Shown: positions 1 through 14,573, counted from the stretch's first letter. The stretch: DNA of 64,000 nucleotides from Gnetum montanum (GCA_015680685.1 MNCI01002155.1:88040-152039), one strand, 5' to 3'. A program made the numbers and translations. Notes: a model not told the origin generated them from the letters alone.

Positions 1-3
1 TTA

Positions 4-647
4 ATGACTCGGCATATAACCAGTCCCTATTATGTGGAATTTCCAAATCTTCCACTCATTTTTTCATTCGTAGAGAGGGACATTGTGAGTACCCTCGGTC
101 CAATTATTTTCGATTATAGCATTGTGATAAATGGAACTCAAATTTGCTACTATTGTATCAAACTTGATATAGCTCTTAGGAAAACCTCATTAACCCTTGT
201 AGTCGGTGGAAAAATATTCACCCAAAAAATCAATTATTTTTATCTTCCAAACTTGTGTAACTATTGTCATCAAGCCAAGCATCATATCTTGGCATGTCCC
301 TTCTTAGCTAAGAAAAAACAACAATCCATTGCGTCTCAAAAAATCCAATCCCTAGACACACCATTAGAATCCCTTAGGTTTGAAACCTTTTTAAAAATAG
401 CTTCAAGTCTTCATCTTTGTTTGACCTCTCTAAGGTATAGGCACCATAGTTGGGTGTACACACCTCAACACATGTCATCCCCTTAAATTCCTTCAAGGAC
501 TCCATCTTGGATGAGGAGTTTGTGATAGGTAATGAAAGGAAACGAGTCAAAGCTTCCTCCCTTAGAACTCCACCCTCCACTTCCTCTCCACTGAACACTT
601 CTGTGGCCCTTGTCACTATAAACAACTCCTTTGCCATTCTTTCATAA
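4..647 (+). pseudogene. LINE ORF1 remnant (zinc knuckle)
   Basis: CNYCHQAKHHILAC fits C-x2-C-x4-H-x4-C. It ends in an NxFxxL-like segment (NNSFAILS) and is frameshifted. Confidence 0.8.
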
Positions 648-718
648 ACAATGGAAGTTGATACTTCAACTTCTGAACCTTCTGTTGACCTCTTATTTGA
701 CATGTCCTTTACTTTCCC

Positions 719-3700
719 ATGAACCTCCTATCATGGAACATCTGAGACCTTACTAATAGGCTTTGATAGAAGCATGTAGGCAACTTTTTTTCCAATCTAA
801 ATATTACTTTAGATTTTGTTCTCCTTTAGGAAATTAAGATTTTAGCAAAGCATTTATCTCTTTCAACCCATTGGTTTCTCCCTCACTCCTCAATTCTTGC
901 TACATCCCATGTGAGTGGGAATGGGGGAGCTTTCATTATCTTCTTGACTTATTGAAAAGATAAAATTATTTAAAGTGGTTTTGATTCTAGCCATAGAGTT
1001 TCTTGGGCTACCTTCTCTTTCTCACATGGCCCTTTTGGTATCTGATCAATTTATGACCCTAATAATTCTACAGAATGTACTCTCCTATGATAGGAACTAG
1101 CTAATTCTCTTCCCTTAGTGCCTTGGATTTTTGGATGAGATTTAATGTGATAGAATTCCCTCAAGATAAGCTAGGGGGGGTTGTTTTTTCAACTACCAAA
1201 GTTTGAGTATCAGAGCTGGTCTACCTTTAAGAAAACGTTCTACCTCTCTAGTGGGGTGGATGCCTCTACTAGTAATTCCCTACATAGATTTACTTGGAGT
1301 AATCTCTGTATTGGGTAGGCTTCCATCTATAGTAGGTTAGATAGGTTCTATTTTTTCACCCTTTCTTTCTGGCAAGCCTTCTTCGCTACTATGGTTCATT
1401 AACATGCCACCTTATCAAACCATATTCCCATGTTTATATTTATCCAAATTCATGACTGCAACCATAGATATAAATTCCATTTTTTCTGGCTACATAACAA
1501 CTATTTCTCTTCCCCTTCCATCTGACTTCTTCTCTTTAACCTTTGGAATGCCAAACTTGCGCCCTTAGATCATGTGGGTTGGATTCAATGGTGACATTGC
1601 GCTTCTTGTAGAGTGTGGAACTTTTCTCATTCATACAGTAAGGTAGTGGTTGCTTAGGCCAAATAAGAGTACAAAAACATTCACCTTACTATTAAGCATC
1701 TAACTAACAGATTAGCCCAAGATCCTTTCCACACTCTTATTCATGAGGAGTTAGCTAGAGCTTGGTTAGCCTTCCAACAGTGGGAAGTGTACAAAGCATA
1801 AAGTGCCTTAACTAAAAGTAGACTCACTTGGTTAAATATTCAAGATGGACACTGTAAGGAATTTTTCAAGTATCTAAATAGTTTGTCTCCTTCACATTCT
1901 TTAGACAAAATCTCTAGTGATGACACCACCATCACTAACCACAACAACATCCTCTCATTTCTTAAGAACCATTATAAAGCCCTATTTGCAGATACCCCTA
2001 TGGACATCTCATCATTTGAGGCTACTACCCTTAATTATCTTAGCCTCATCAATTCTACTATGCTACAAAGTTTAGCCACCAATATCATGAAGGAGGAGCT
2101 TCAGGCAACTTGTTCCAAGTTGAGTCATGGGAGGGCTCCCAGTTATGATGGTTTCCTTATTGAAATTTTTAAAACTCATTGGGATCTGGTGGGAAATGAT
2201 CTTCTCTAGGTTATTAGAGAGGCTATCATTATTGGTTCCCTTAGGCCTAATCTAAATCAAGGGATTATTCATCTCCTTCCTAAGTTCATGGATCCTACCT
2301 GTATCTCTAATTGACATCCCATAACTCTTCTTAATGTGGTCTATAAAATTTGGGCCAAGTGCTTAGCCTTATGACTGAAAAAAATTCTTGGCCAAATTAT
2401 ATCTCCCTAGCAAATAGGATTTATTCTTAGTAGATATATTTTAAACAACATGATTATTGCATGGAAAGTTCTCAAGTGGGTAGAGGATGATGGTCAAGAT
2501 ATTCTCCTAATGAAGCTTGACTATGCCAAGGCCTATGACAACATAAAGTGGGAATTTATTCTACAAACCATGACAAAACTTGGTTTTGGCCCTAAGTTCC
2601 TACATATGGTGAAATGCTTATTCTCGGATGCTACTGCAAGAATAGCCACTACCTTCGGCATCACCTCTCCCTTTCCTATCCATAGGTCAGTGCGGCAAGG
2701 ATGTCCTCTTGTCCCTTATCTATTCATCATCATAGCTAACTTTCTTTGTCATCAGTTAAACTATGATATTCAAAATGAAGTTCTCACTAGGGTATGCCTC
2801 TCTTCACCTCAATAGTAGCTTCTTAACATGCATTTCATCAACAACTCCTTTTTTCTTGTTCAAAACACTACTTCTAATTTGCACCGGCTCTTATCCCAGG
2901 TGAAGTAATATTCCTCTCTCAAGTTACACTATTAATTGGAACAAATATTATGTCTATAGATTTACCAATAACTACAGTCATGTGACCAACTATAATTGGA
3001 GGCTTCTCTAGGATCAAAACATCATCATTAAGATTCTAGGAATTCCCTTTTATTTTAGAGGTTCTACCTCTATTCTCTAGGAACATGTTATTTTTTGAAT
3101 TCAAAAGAGACTTGAAAAATGAAAGACTAAACCCCTCACTCTAGCTGGTAAGTACCTTGTATGTAAGTCTATGTGTGCATCTACCCATGTGTATTACTCT
3201 TCGTGTTGGGCCCCCTCCCAAGTTGCTTATCAGAATTTTGAATAATTATTTTGTGACTTCATGTGGTCCTCTAAAGATTCTTAGAAAGGCCTCCATTGTG
3301 TTGCCTGGAATATTGTTACTCTTCTTAAGAATAACGGCAACTTACATCTTTTGAACTCTTTCAAGCAGGGGATTACCTTAGTTGCTAAGTAGTTAGTCTA
3401 GCATCTACATGCCCTAGACATTATTGGGACTCTCCTCCAATTAAGGCTTCAACAAGCATTTCCCAAAAATAAGCCCTTCTAAAAAGGAATCCATTTCGTT
3501 AATTGGATCCTTTCCCCCTACACTATCATTATTCCCAGATTACATGTTTTCAAAAGCATTTGGAGGGCTTGGCAACTTCTACATTGTTATATAGATTAGA
3601 CTAATGTCAAGATCAACCCTACTCTTCTCTCCAAGTTGTGTCCCTAGTGGTTATCTTTGTTGCCCGCTTCCCTTGCCATTATAAATGCTAAGGTTGCTAC

Positions 3701-3977
3701 CTCTTGGTATCAAAATGGAGTTATTTCTTTGAGTTGTCTTTGACTTGCCGATCAATGAATTTCAAGGGCTAGGTTTAATAATTTCTATGGGGTGTCTAAA
3801 GTAATGCACCATTGCCTAGCTTAGGTTTATACCTTCATTCATTGCCATTTGTAGCTAGACGGTTTGGTGCAAAGCACTTTTCATGGCCTTCAATAGATTA
3901 ATGGATTGAAACTTCTACCTTACAGGCTGCATGTCCCCTTTTACCCATTGCATGACTCATCAAGTATCATTCAATGA
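719..3977 (+). pseudogene. LINE ORF2 remnant (endonuclease + reverse transcriptase)
   Basis: Manual translation gives MNLLSWNI*(R) at 719, SRLDRFY at ~1331, a decayed SDH motif at ~1415, APSYDGF, KLDYAKAYD, SVRQGCPLVPYLF and a decayed FADD at ~2835. Many stops and frameshifts. Confidence 0.92.
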
Positions 3978-4833
3978 TGATGAATCATGTTTTGACTAGC
4001 TTCAATATTAGAGCCTTGACATTGGATACCCGATGTTAGAGCCTAGGACGTGATGTCAAATATCTGATATCACAGAGTATATGCTGGCCTATAAATATAG
4101 TGCTTGGGCTCACGATTTTTATATAGTTTTTGTCATAGCATAGTGAAGCTCTTGTAGTTTGTTTTCTCTAGAGTTAGAATATTTTCTAAGTGCCTATAGC
4201 AGGAGTCTGAGTGTGTACATATCTTTGTTCAAACATTGATGTTGAGCACATTAGTGTGATGGGAATAAAAATGACTCATTTTGATCATCTTGCAGCACTG
4301 AGAATAGATTAAATGTTTTCTTCATGCATTTAATAGTCATGCACTTTATTTCCATTTACTTCATTTCAATACACTTTAATTATGCAATTAATTTTTAATT
4401 GCTAATGAACACAAGCACAACCACCTTGAGCATATGTGTAGCACTTGGTAACCCAAAAATGCTTAACGTTTGGTAGCCTAGCAGCGTTATACGTGTTCAA
4501 GATGTGTCTGGAAAGTGGGAATGGGTACTTGTGTTAGGCTAGCTAGATAATAGATTAATTAAATATTAAATTCTTATACCTTTCGTTCTTTTCTTAGGCA
4601 ATTAAACTTTCAAAGCATAAAATAATAAAAGTCATGTGCCTCAATTACACTTAAACCATAGCCTTGAACTTCACAAGTGTAGTTGGGAAGACAATGAACA
4701 TTCTAAACATCCATTTCATTTCCTAGAGAATTAGTGCACTGACTAACTATAGGTCCACAGAATTTGACTGGATCATGTGTGAACACCTTAGTGATTCATA
4801 TGGTTGGATGTAGGGGTATCTCCCCATTCATCA
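3978..4833 (+). repeat. 5' LTR of element A
   Basis: TGATGAATC...TCATCA, with TATA-like CCTATAAATA at ~4088. Colinear with 13729-14573. Confidence 0.95.
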
Positions 4834-4834
4834 T

Positions 4835-4852
4835 TGGTGCTATTGTCAGGGA
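4835..4852 (+). promoter_or_regulatory. Primer-binding site (tRNA-Asp type) of element A
   Basis: TGGTGCTATTGTCAGGGA versus the Athila-type PBS TGGCGCCGTTGCCGGGGA. All differences are transitions. Confidence 0.8.
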
Positions 4853-4993
4853 CCTTTTGGTTGTTTCATGCAGTATCTAGGATTTAGTGAAAATTATTCA
4901 AATCATTGAAATGAACCTTAGAGTCACATCACATGTTAAGATTATTACAACAATTTTAAGAAGCACACTGTGTTTTTATTGTTCTAACATAAG

Positions 4994-7900
4994 ATGTCTT
5001 ATTCTCACAGGAGTGATTCTCCATCCAAATCTAACGGAGTACATCTGCCAGTGCCTCAATAATATCAAGTGGTATATGCTCATCTTGATGAGTATGTATC
5101 AAATTTCATCTTCATCCTACACCAAGATGAACAGCTGTGGTGGCGTGACATGGAGGGCAACATTATGTTGCGTCCGATTGATCCATTCTTGCAATGATCC
5201 AACAAATGCTTATACAATGAAGTCTCCAAGGACTTCATGCTGAGTACATGATGTAAGATAGTGATGCTAGGGATTATCATCCCACTGAGGCATAATGTCT
5301 TAAGGCTTTCCAGTTAAAACAATGTTATGAATCTGCAAAGGGAAAAGGATTTAATGATTCCCCATTCCTACTATACCAAAAAGATGGTGGAGAGCCCTTC
5401 TCTGGGGATTTTCTATTTAGTAAAATTCCTCTTTGACTTTGGTGAAGGAGGTCAAAACTAGAACCTACAGTACATGATTCACAATCTTGGTTCTAGTAAG
5501 AATGGATCCAATGACAAAGAAAGATCCAAAGAGGCAAGTCAAGGCAGGAATGTGGACAAGAAACAAGATTGTAATCATGGTCGCGATCACCAAAGAGATG
5601 GTAGCAAGCACTGTGATGATGCTAGTCATTCTTCCTCTTTACCTTCAGCATCATCCTCTTCTTCTTCTAGCTTTGATTGCAACTATAGAGGGTGCAACCA
5701 TGATGGAGGTGACCGACGGGACTAAAATGATCGAAAGGATTATCGAGCAAGGTAAGACTAAGGGAATGAGCATTCAAGAAAGACACAACATCATGAACAA
5801 AGCGGTAGTAGAGGGCATCGAAGGCATGAAAATCAAGGCCTTGATGAGCCTTTGCTTGCTACCCAAAATATGCCAAACATTGCAAAGGTAGTACGAATCC
5901 CAACAAGGCATGTGAAGGATAGTTGGATTAAGAGGCTTGATATGAAAAATATCCCTAAGTTCGAAGGGGAATATAACTCAAATTCATAGAATCATTTTCA
6001 AGCTTTTTAAGATGCATGTGCTTTGTAGAACATAGAGAATGAATGGCAAAAACTTAAGTTGTTCCCATAAACACTCATTAAATAAGTAGAAAACTAGTGT
6101 CACTTCTTAGAACCACTTCTATGTGACGATGGAGTACAATGCTTGAATTGTTCAATGATAAATATCAAACATACTTTAGAGTGTCCAACTTGAGAAGGAA
6201 GATCTAAGGATGGAAACAAGAAACACATGAACCCTTGGATGCCACCATTAACTGATACTCTTCCTTAATGCATAGATGTCCTAGCCATGATTATTCTCAA
6301 CTGGATCAACTTTGCCACATTGTAGATAGGCTTCGATCTGAAATGAGAAGAACCCTTGGTGTCTATCTCTAAGGGCAATTGTTAGAATTAAGCATCCATC
6401 AGATCCAAATATTGATTGAGTAGGTAGCTAAAGAGGAAGATGAATTAAGAAAATGAGAAAGTGTAGAAAAGTATAATTGCGATCCTTCTATTCACAAGAG
6501 GGAAGTTTGATTTTGTGATAGTGAGAAAGAATCAACACTTGATGAGGTGAAAAATAAGAAAGCCTTGCTGCTTCAAAAATTTCAATATGAAATTACAATC
6601 AAAGTTGATTAGTTATGGGACTCCATGGATAACAGATTTCAAGTTGTCCTAAAAATTGCTGAAGAGTCCAAGGAACAAGGTAGTGATTGTGAGCATAGGA
6701 TATGCGAGGAAGTTGAACGTACCTATCAAAAAGGTAAGGGCACGATTGTTGTAATAAAAGAAGTTGTAATAGATGATGATGGTGGGTGTGATGTCTACCA
6801 GTGTGAATACCCTAAGGGATGTTGCCCCATAGTGTCACACTTACAGGAGTCTAGGGTGTTTGCTTTGAATCCATGACTAACACAAAGGCAAACATCCAGA
6901 AGATTACCTTATCCTCAAGGTAATTCTAAGCAGTTTCATTAACCATAATAGTATTATCCAAGTGGAACTCCATCGCAACCATATGAGAAATATCAATAGT
7001 GGTAGCAACCACAGTCATGGGTGTTGGCACCACTAAGGTAACAATACCCTTATCAACAACCTGATGCCTATGGGGACTATGTTCAGCAACCCTTATCTCC
7101 ATGTTACTCCTTCAGTCATGTTTCTACTTTCCAATCTCACTACCATCCTTCTTATTATTATTGAACTCCTTCTCCACATGCAAGAAGGGATACCACCTTT
7201 TACCCCTATCCTCCTCCTATTCTTGCACATCTTCCTTCTCCAGTTGCACAACTACTACCTGCTCCACCTATGCAAGGTGAACTCCTAGCTCAACTACTAC
7301 CACGCAACACTACCAAGGCCATTAATCTACAACCGGTTCATCAATCGAGTGGTTTAGATACTCAATCAAAGAAAATACCTTTCTTCTGATCACACAATTT
7401 TCCTAAGCCCTTAAATACACCTACAGTTGACAATCCTATTCCTCCATCTTCCTTTCTATCAAATTTCTTTGATTCCCCTTCAAAATAAACATCGCGCAAG
7501 ATCCACACTATGATGCTTACTCATGTTGTATCTAATTGGATCCATGTTGGAAATCTTCTCAAGAAGTTAGTAGATCCTAGGAGTCCTCTTATCTATTTGT
7601 AGATCACTAGGAATGACCCATGCAAAGCTCTTCTTTATTTCTGTTCTAGTGTCAACCTAATCTCTCATGAGATGTATACTACATGGAACCTACCTCCTTT
7701 AAAGAAGAGCAATATCATATTAGAATTAGTAAATTAGTCCATCACTGTTCCATTGGGATTAGTAGAAGACATCGTGACCATTTTCTATGGGTGGTTTTAT
7801 CCCACTAATTTCCTAATGATCGAAGTGGAGAACTACAAAGGGGACTTCCCAATCATCATGGGAAGGGCATGGCTAAGCACCATTGATGCAAGAATGGACA

Positions 7901-10900
7901 TTAGAAATCTTTCCCTAGAAATATCCAAAGAAAATGCATTCAGAAAGATTGAGAAGAAGTGAGTTCCATGCATCGTGTACAGCAATATAAGGTGCAATTA
8001 TGTGCAGAAACTCTAGGTAGTGAAACGAGAATCCATTTTTATATGCAAGCAGTGTGCACTAGAAGTAGAAATTCAAAGGTGTTTGTATGTAGTAGCCATA
8101 AAACAAGAGGGCACCCAGTGGCTAATCACTGATTTTGAGAGTAGCACACTTTGCATGGAAACAACTGAGAGCCTAACATGCACATATGTTGCAGGCATGG
8201 ATGAACTAGAGCAAGTTCATCACCAACTCTTTAATGATGCAAATGATGATACCTATTGAAAAGAGTTGGAAATTCCTAAAAATTTCAAGCAAGAGTCCCT
8301 TGAGCTAAAACCTCTATAGGCCAACATGAAATATGTGTTCTTAAAAAATGGGAAGCCAGTAATAATCAATCCAAATCTTGCTCTAGAATAGAAAAAGATG
8401 TTGTTGAATGTGGTTGAAAAATGGTCAGCATTCTTTGCCTAGTCATATCATAAACTCTGGGATTGATCCTAGGATATGCCAACATCACATCTACACTGAT
8501 TTGATCATAATGTCAAAGAGGTAGCCACAGAGGTGATTGAACTCTAAACTAAAGTAGATCATCAAAGAGGAAATTGAAATCCTCAATGTAGGGTTTATTT
8601 ATCCCATTGTAGATAGTAAGTGGGTTAGTTCACTTGTTATTGTGCCCAAGAAAGATGGTAAGTAGCAGGTCTGCATCAATTTTTAGCTACTAAATATGGC
8701 AGTATTCAAGGACCATTTTCCATTTCCATTTTTTGATTAGGTGTTAGATACAATATTTGGGCATTGCTACTATAGTTTTCTGGATGGTTATAGTGGCGAT
8801 AACCAAATCCAGATTGTGTTGGAGGACCAAGCCAAAACAACATTCACAAGTCCCTGGGGGACTTTTGCATATCGCAAGATGCCTTTTGGTTTGTGCAATG
8901 CCCCTACTAGTTTTCAACGCCTGGTTCTAAGCATTTTTCAACAGTGAATTGGTAGTGGTGTGAAAGTCTTCATGGATGACTTCTCCACCTATGGAGCTAC
9001 ATTTGAGTAGGCCTTGAACTACCTTAAGTAAGTATAGAAACGATGTGTTGAGTCAAACCTCAGGCTTAACTAGTAAAAGAGTCATCTAATGATCCAAGCA
9101 GGCATTGTATTAGGGCATAGAATATCACAAGTAGGAATTGAGGTTCACCCTAAAAAAATAAGGGTCATCTAAGGAATAACCCACCAACACTATCAACGAG
9201 GTTCAGTCATTCCTTGGACATACTAGCTACTACTGACAATTCATAGAGAATTTCTCTAAGATCACAAAACCATTGGTGGAGCTAACAAAGAAAGATGCTC
9301 CATTTTTCTGGACCATGGAATGTGAACAAGCATTCCAAAAACTAAAAGAGGAACTTGTAGAAACTCCAATCCTACAAGCACCCGACTGGTCCAAACTATT
9401 TCATGTTATGACAAATGCATCAAATTATGCCTTGGGAGCTGTGCTTATGCAGATGGATGACAAGAAACATCCATATTACATCCACTATGCTAGTCGAAGC
9501 ATTGTGGATGCATAACTAAACTACACCATAGAAAAAGAATTGATGGCAATGATATTTTCTCTAAAAAAGTTCAAGCATTATGTGCTTGGATACAAAGAAT
9601 TTGTGCATATAGACCACAATGGCACTTGCTTCCTGATGAACAAGCCAATGGTGAGCCCCCATGTCATACAATGGCTAGTGATCTTATAGGAATTTGATCT
9701 CATGATGGTAGATTGAAAGGGAACTGAGAATGTGGTCACTAACCACTTGTCTTGGTTATGATGGGACAACAAAGAGGAAGAAAGTTCACTATCTGATATG
9801 TTTCCTGACAAAATCCTCTTTGCTAGGGCTATAATTGAACAATTGCCCAATGAGCCTAAATGGTATGATGGCATTCTCACCTATCTTTTCACCCAAGAGA
9901 TGCCACAAGGGTTGGACCACCAGAATAAATAGTAGTTTCTTCACTAGGTAAAATGCTTCATGGGGATCAATGGACATCTCTACAAGGTGTGCACCCATGT
10001 CTTGGTTCAATTGTGTGTTCCTGATGCTAATCAACTACGTATTCTCTAAGATGCTCATGAAGGTCCTTGCAAAGGCCACTATGTTGGGAGATGCATGGCC
10101 ATTAAGATTTTGATGGTAAGGTACTATTGGCAAACAATTTTTAGGGATGCTCATCAGTATGTTCACTCTTGTGAATGATGCCAACGAGATGGTGGAATGA
10201 TTGCTCGAATGGAGGAAGCTCAACAATGGATTCAACCACTGGAACCATCTGACATTTGGGGCATTTACTTCATGGATCCTATCATGCCCATGTTAAATGG
10301 AAAGGTGTACATCATAGTCATTGTTGACTATTGGACAAAATGGGTAGAAGCAGTAGCTGTCATCAACTATACATCTTCTACTGTTTCTCGATTTGTACAA
10401 CAAAATGTTGTAAACAAGTTTGATGTGCCACGTGCATTAATTTCTAATAATGGAACTCACTTTATAGGCACTACCTTTCGAAAGCTCATGCAACGCCTGG
10501 GCGTTGAACATAAACTCACAACATCCTACCATCCCCAAGCTAATGTCAAGCTGAGGTTACTAATAGGGAAATCACAATGATTCTAATAAGAACTATTAAC
10601 AAATATAGCAAAGACTAGAGAACAAAACTTAATAATGTCCTTTGGGCCTACCGCTCAACATGGAAACTTCCTATAGGCTACTCTCCCTATGAGCTTATGT
10701 TCAGAAAATTACCAACACTTTTTATTCAATCCGAGCTCCATACACTTTTAATAGCCTGTGACCTTGACCTTGAATTGAGTTTAGCACAAAAAAAAAGATT
10801 AATGAATGTTAACTTGCTATACGAATATCGATTGGTGGCCCTGTCATTTAACGAGTTGCACAAGGCCTACAACAAAAAGTGCCATGACCTTAAAATCAGA

Positions 10901-11065
10901 GACGTCAAACTTCAACTAGGAGATAAAGTTCTCTACTGGAACCCCACACATGTACCTCAACGAACTAAGTTCCAAACATTATGGAAAGGACCTTATATAA
11001 TTTATGAAACTTTTTCTTTAGGGGCCATGATGATCTACAAACTTGAAAGCCTAGATAAGAAATAG
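4994..11065 (+). pseudogene. gag-pol remnant of element A (gag, aspartic protease, RT, RNase H, integrase)
   Basis: Gag capsid-like region at ~5950-6450 and protease at ~7560-7920 (PIIMGRAWL). RT shows FLDGYSG, MPFGLCNAP and VFMDDF (~8970). RNase H shows TNASNYALGAVL. Integrase shows VDYWTKWVEA, SYHPQAN and LWKGPY. No chromodomain. Confidence 0.93.
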
Positions 11066-12944
11066 CTAGTCAACATACAACATGTCAAACCTTTCCACGA
11101 GCATAAGTCAGCAAATACAACAAACACCTCATCAGATGAACAACCACACTCAATATGTTGGATCTCCTCAATTCAACTTAGTCATGGGGGAGATGGCCAT
11201 CCATGTTAACTATATAAGTGGCTCCTTAGTTTTTCACCCTTTTTGTTTTACAACTTTTTATTTTAGACATTCTTTATTTTACATCTTCTTGTTTTTATGT
11301 TATTAATCTTTTCTAAATTTTATTTTACAACATTGTTAGTACATTTGCTATTTCTTGAGTATTTTACACTTTCTTTTATATTTTCTTTTATTTTGGTGTG
11401 ATTGTATAACTTTTGTTAATAAGTGCTAGGCACAGTGGTAATTCGTTGCTTGATGGTGGTATATACTATTTTGTTATTTGATTGTTGGTGTCTGGATTCT
11501 AGCTTTGACTTTTATTACTGATGATTAAAGAATGGTTTCTTTTCATGCAATAGGCAATGAGTCCACAACATCCACCCATCCACAAACTCTATGGTTGTCT
11601 TTGTTCTGGAAATGTGTAGTCTCTTTTTCATTAATAAAACTATAAAACATTTGTAACTTTGGTAGTTTCTGGATCTAGAAAGGATTCAAAGGTTTGAATA
11701 GGGTGTGACTTCAATGGGATTCAATATTCTTTATGCCTTTTTACTTACCTAGATGCATGTGTGTTTTCATGGATTTCTTACTATTCTATGTCGACCAATA
11801 AAAGGAAGTTGAATAAGTCTTTGCATGGTGTGGTTCTCATTAAAAAAAAAACATCTACAATGGGAATTCAAAGCACACCTCTTAGACATAATAAACAAAT
11901 AAGTCTTTGCATGGTGTGGTTCCCATTTCAAAAATAAATAAATAAATAATGGGAATTCAAAACACACCCCTTAGACAAAATAAATAGGCTACAAGCACTA
12001 GTTATGGGACTAGAAACACATGTACCCATGCCTAAAGGTCTTCTTTAACTAAGGTCCTTCTCACTTCCGACTTCTCTTTTCTTCTCTAATAAGGAATTGT
12101 GCTTGTTCTGTGGAAGCACTCTTGTGTCTTATGGGGATGGACTGGTCTTAGAATGATGATGCGAAGTCATTGAATGTGGTTGGTTTTGGTCTGGACTAAG
12201 GATGGATCTTATCAAGTCATTTAACCATAAAATTCACAAGGGACTTCATGTAACCTCAATCAAGAACTCCATTCCACTCTTCGTCTCATCCATCTATGCT
12301 TTCCATATTTCACCTCACTATTGGTTTCATGTTCTTGTTCGATATCCTAGTTTGATGTGTTGAAATTATTAGGTAGTTTCTTCTAGGTTTTTGCACTTAA
12401 CCTTCCATAACCATTAATTATCCATGGTGCCCATAGACTCCTTGGTTTGAACTTATGCAAGGGCAACAAAAAGCTTATGCTTGCTTTGGGGAGGATCCAC
12501 TTGCATATCTTTTGGTTGGGTTAGTTAAGTTCTTTATCCTTAGACACTCTTACAATCAAATCCTTTTATTTACCTCATTAATGACATCCAATTATGCACA
12601 TCTTCACAACATTTCTTAGTGAAATTTCATTTTTATTGTTGTGAATTCTTACACCCTCTTCAAATATTTCCTTGTGTAGAACTTTTCAAATTTAATGAAC
12701 CGCTTATTTGTTTTACCCTATTTGTTAGTCTTCCCACTAACACTCCTAAAGAAATCAATCTACCACAATCACAACCTAGCCGAGCATAACCACCAATGAG
12801 AGAAGGTACTTACCAGTTATGTGTTACACACTGCATACTAATTCACGATTTTGTTGTGATTATAGTGGAAAGCATAGATTGGAAATAAGACTAACTTCAC
12901 CAAGGATGATGTAGCAATACCACATGAAAAGGATCGTTCATGAT

Positions 12945-13465
12945 TGATGAGACATGAAATTACTCATATTGCTGACGGTCGTGTTAAGGCACCCACGTTA
13001 TATCATGGGCCACGATATCACGTATGCGATATATCATATGTGACATATCATGGGCCGCGATATCGTGTACGCGATATCACAGTTAGCTGCAATTTCTATA
13101 AATAAGAGGCGGCTCTCCCTCATTTTCATCCCAGTTTTAGAGTAGCGAAGCTCTGGCAGTTTGATCCCTCCAGAGTTAGAATTTTTCCCGTGTCTGCCCG
13201 CAATGTGGTGAATGTAATTGTACAGTGTCTTTATNTTCTTTTCCATTGCCTTCAGGAGTAGCATAGATTAGGACACATCATACACCTCATCTAGACTAAA
13301 CCATACGTGACATATGCAATACTAGTCTAGGTGGGAAGACAGCGAACTGCAACCTAAGGCTAACTGTCTAGGTGCTAGAACTAGTCCATCTGCGGAGTTC
13401 GACCGGATTGCGCGTACACGCTCGTATTCGTATGGTTGAGTGTAGGGGTACCTCGCCACTCATCA
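12945..13465 (+). mobile_element. Solo-LTR-like insertion related to the B family, nested in the 3' region of element A
   Basis: TGATGA...CACTCATCA flanked by TSD ATGAT (12940-12944, 13466-13470). It shares the GATATC array, TATAAATAAGAGGCGGCTCTCCC and the 3' end with B LTRs. It contains an N at 13235, so its true length is uncertain. Confidence 0.85.
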
Positions 13466-13728
13466 ATGATCATTGGATCTTCTCTCTCGCTCTTCCACTA
13501 CCAAGAGGCGTTGGATGTTAGTTTTATCCAAGGTGGTCACTTCTCTTATCATGAACACCCAATTTTGTAAAGATTGTAACTTTCTGCACTTGGGCACTTA
13601 GAGTCTGTTGTTCCATCTGAGTTAGTTTGTATGTTAGTTAATAATCCCATACCTTCCCAATATTTTATAAGGAACTTATTCCTCCTCTTTTTCACTTGAG
13701 GATGAGTTTTCATTCAGTCGTGGGGGTA

Positions 13729-14573
13729 TGATGAATCATGTTTTGACTAGCTTCGATGTTGGAGCCTTAGCATTAGATACTCGATGTTGGAGCTCAAGAC
13801 ACAATGTTGAATATCCGATATTGTAGGGTATATGCCAGCCTATAAATATAGCGCTTAGGCTCACGATTTTCATATAGTTTTTGTTATAGCATAGTGAAGC
13901 TATTGTAGTTTGTTTTCTCTAGAGTTAGAATATTTTCTGAGTGCTCCTAGCAAGAGTCTAAGTGTGTACGGATCTTTGTTCGAACACTAATGTACTTGAG
14001 CACAACAGTGTGACGAGACTAAAAATGATCCCTTTTGATCATCCTTGTAGCACTGAGAATAGATTAAAGGTTTCCTTGATACATTTAATATTCATGCACT
14101 TCATTTCAATGTGCTTTAATTAAGCAATTAATTTCTACTTGTTAATGAACACAAGCACAACCACCTCAAGCATACATGTAGCACTTGGTAACCCAAAAAC
14201 GCTTAACATTTAGTAGCCCAACAACACTATACGTGTTCAAGATGTATCTAGAAAGTGGGAATGAGTACTTGTGTTAGGCTAGCTAGGCAATATATTAATT
14301 AGATATTAAATTCCTATACCTTTCATTCTTGTCTTAGGTGACTAAACTTTCAAAACATAAAATAATAAAAATCATGTGTCTCAATTACACTTAAACCATA
14401 TCCTTGAACTTCACAAGTATAGTTGGAAAGACAATGAATGTTCTCAACGTCCATTTCACTTCTTAGAGAATTAGTGCACTGACTAACTATAGGTTCACGA
14501 AATTTGACCGGATCGCATGTGAATGCCTTATTGATTCATATGGTTGGGCACAGGGGTACCTCATCACTCATTA
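13729..14573 (+). repeat. 3' LTR of element A
   Basis: Preceded by PPT-like TCAGTCGTGGGGGTA. Ends in CACTCATTA (CA mutated to TA), followed by TSD AATGA. Confidence 0.95.

Larger units (their letters stand above)
1..3977 (+). mobile_element. Degenerate L1-type LINE retrotransposon, 5' part (5' end outside window; interrupted at 3977 by LTR element A)
   Basis: ORF1 with a CCHC knuckle, followed by ORF2 with APE endonuclease and RT motifs. The sequence resumes at 14579 after element A. Confidence 0.93.
3978..14573 (+). mobile_element. Full-length degenerate Athila-like Ty3/gypsy LTR retrotransposon (element A)
   Basis: Paired ~850 bp LTRs. The 5-bp TSD AATGA is at 3973-3977 and 14574-14578. 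It has a tRNA-Asp-type PBS, gag-PROT-RT-RH-INT order, and a PPT before the 3' LTR. Confidence 0.95.

Noticed and set aside
12945-13465. Unusually short (521 bp) LTR as a new mini-LTR family
   Set aside because: The N at 13235 lies where sequence is missing. An assembly gap may hide part of the LTR or even a full element.
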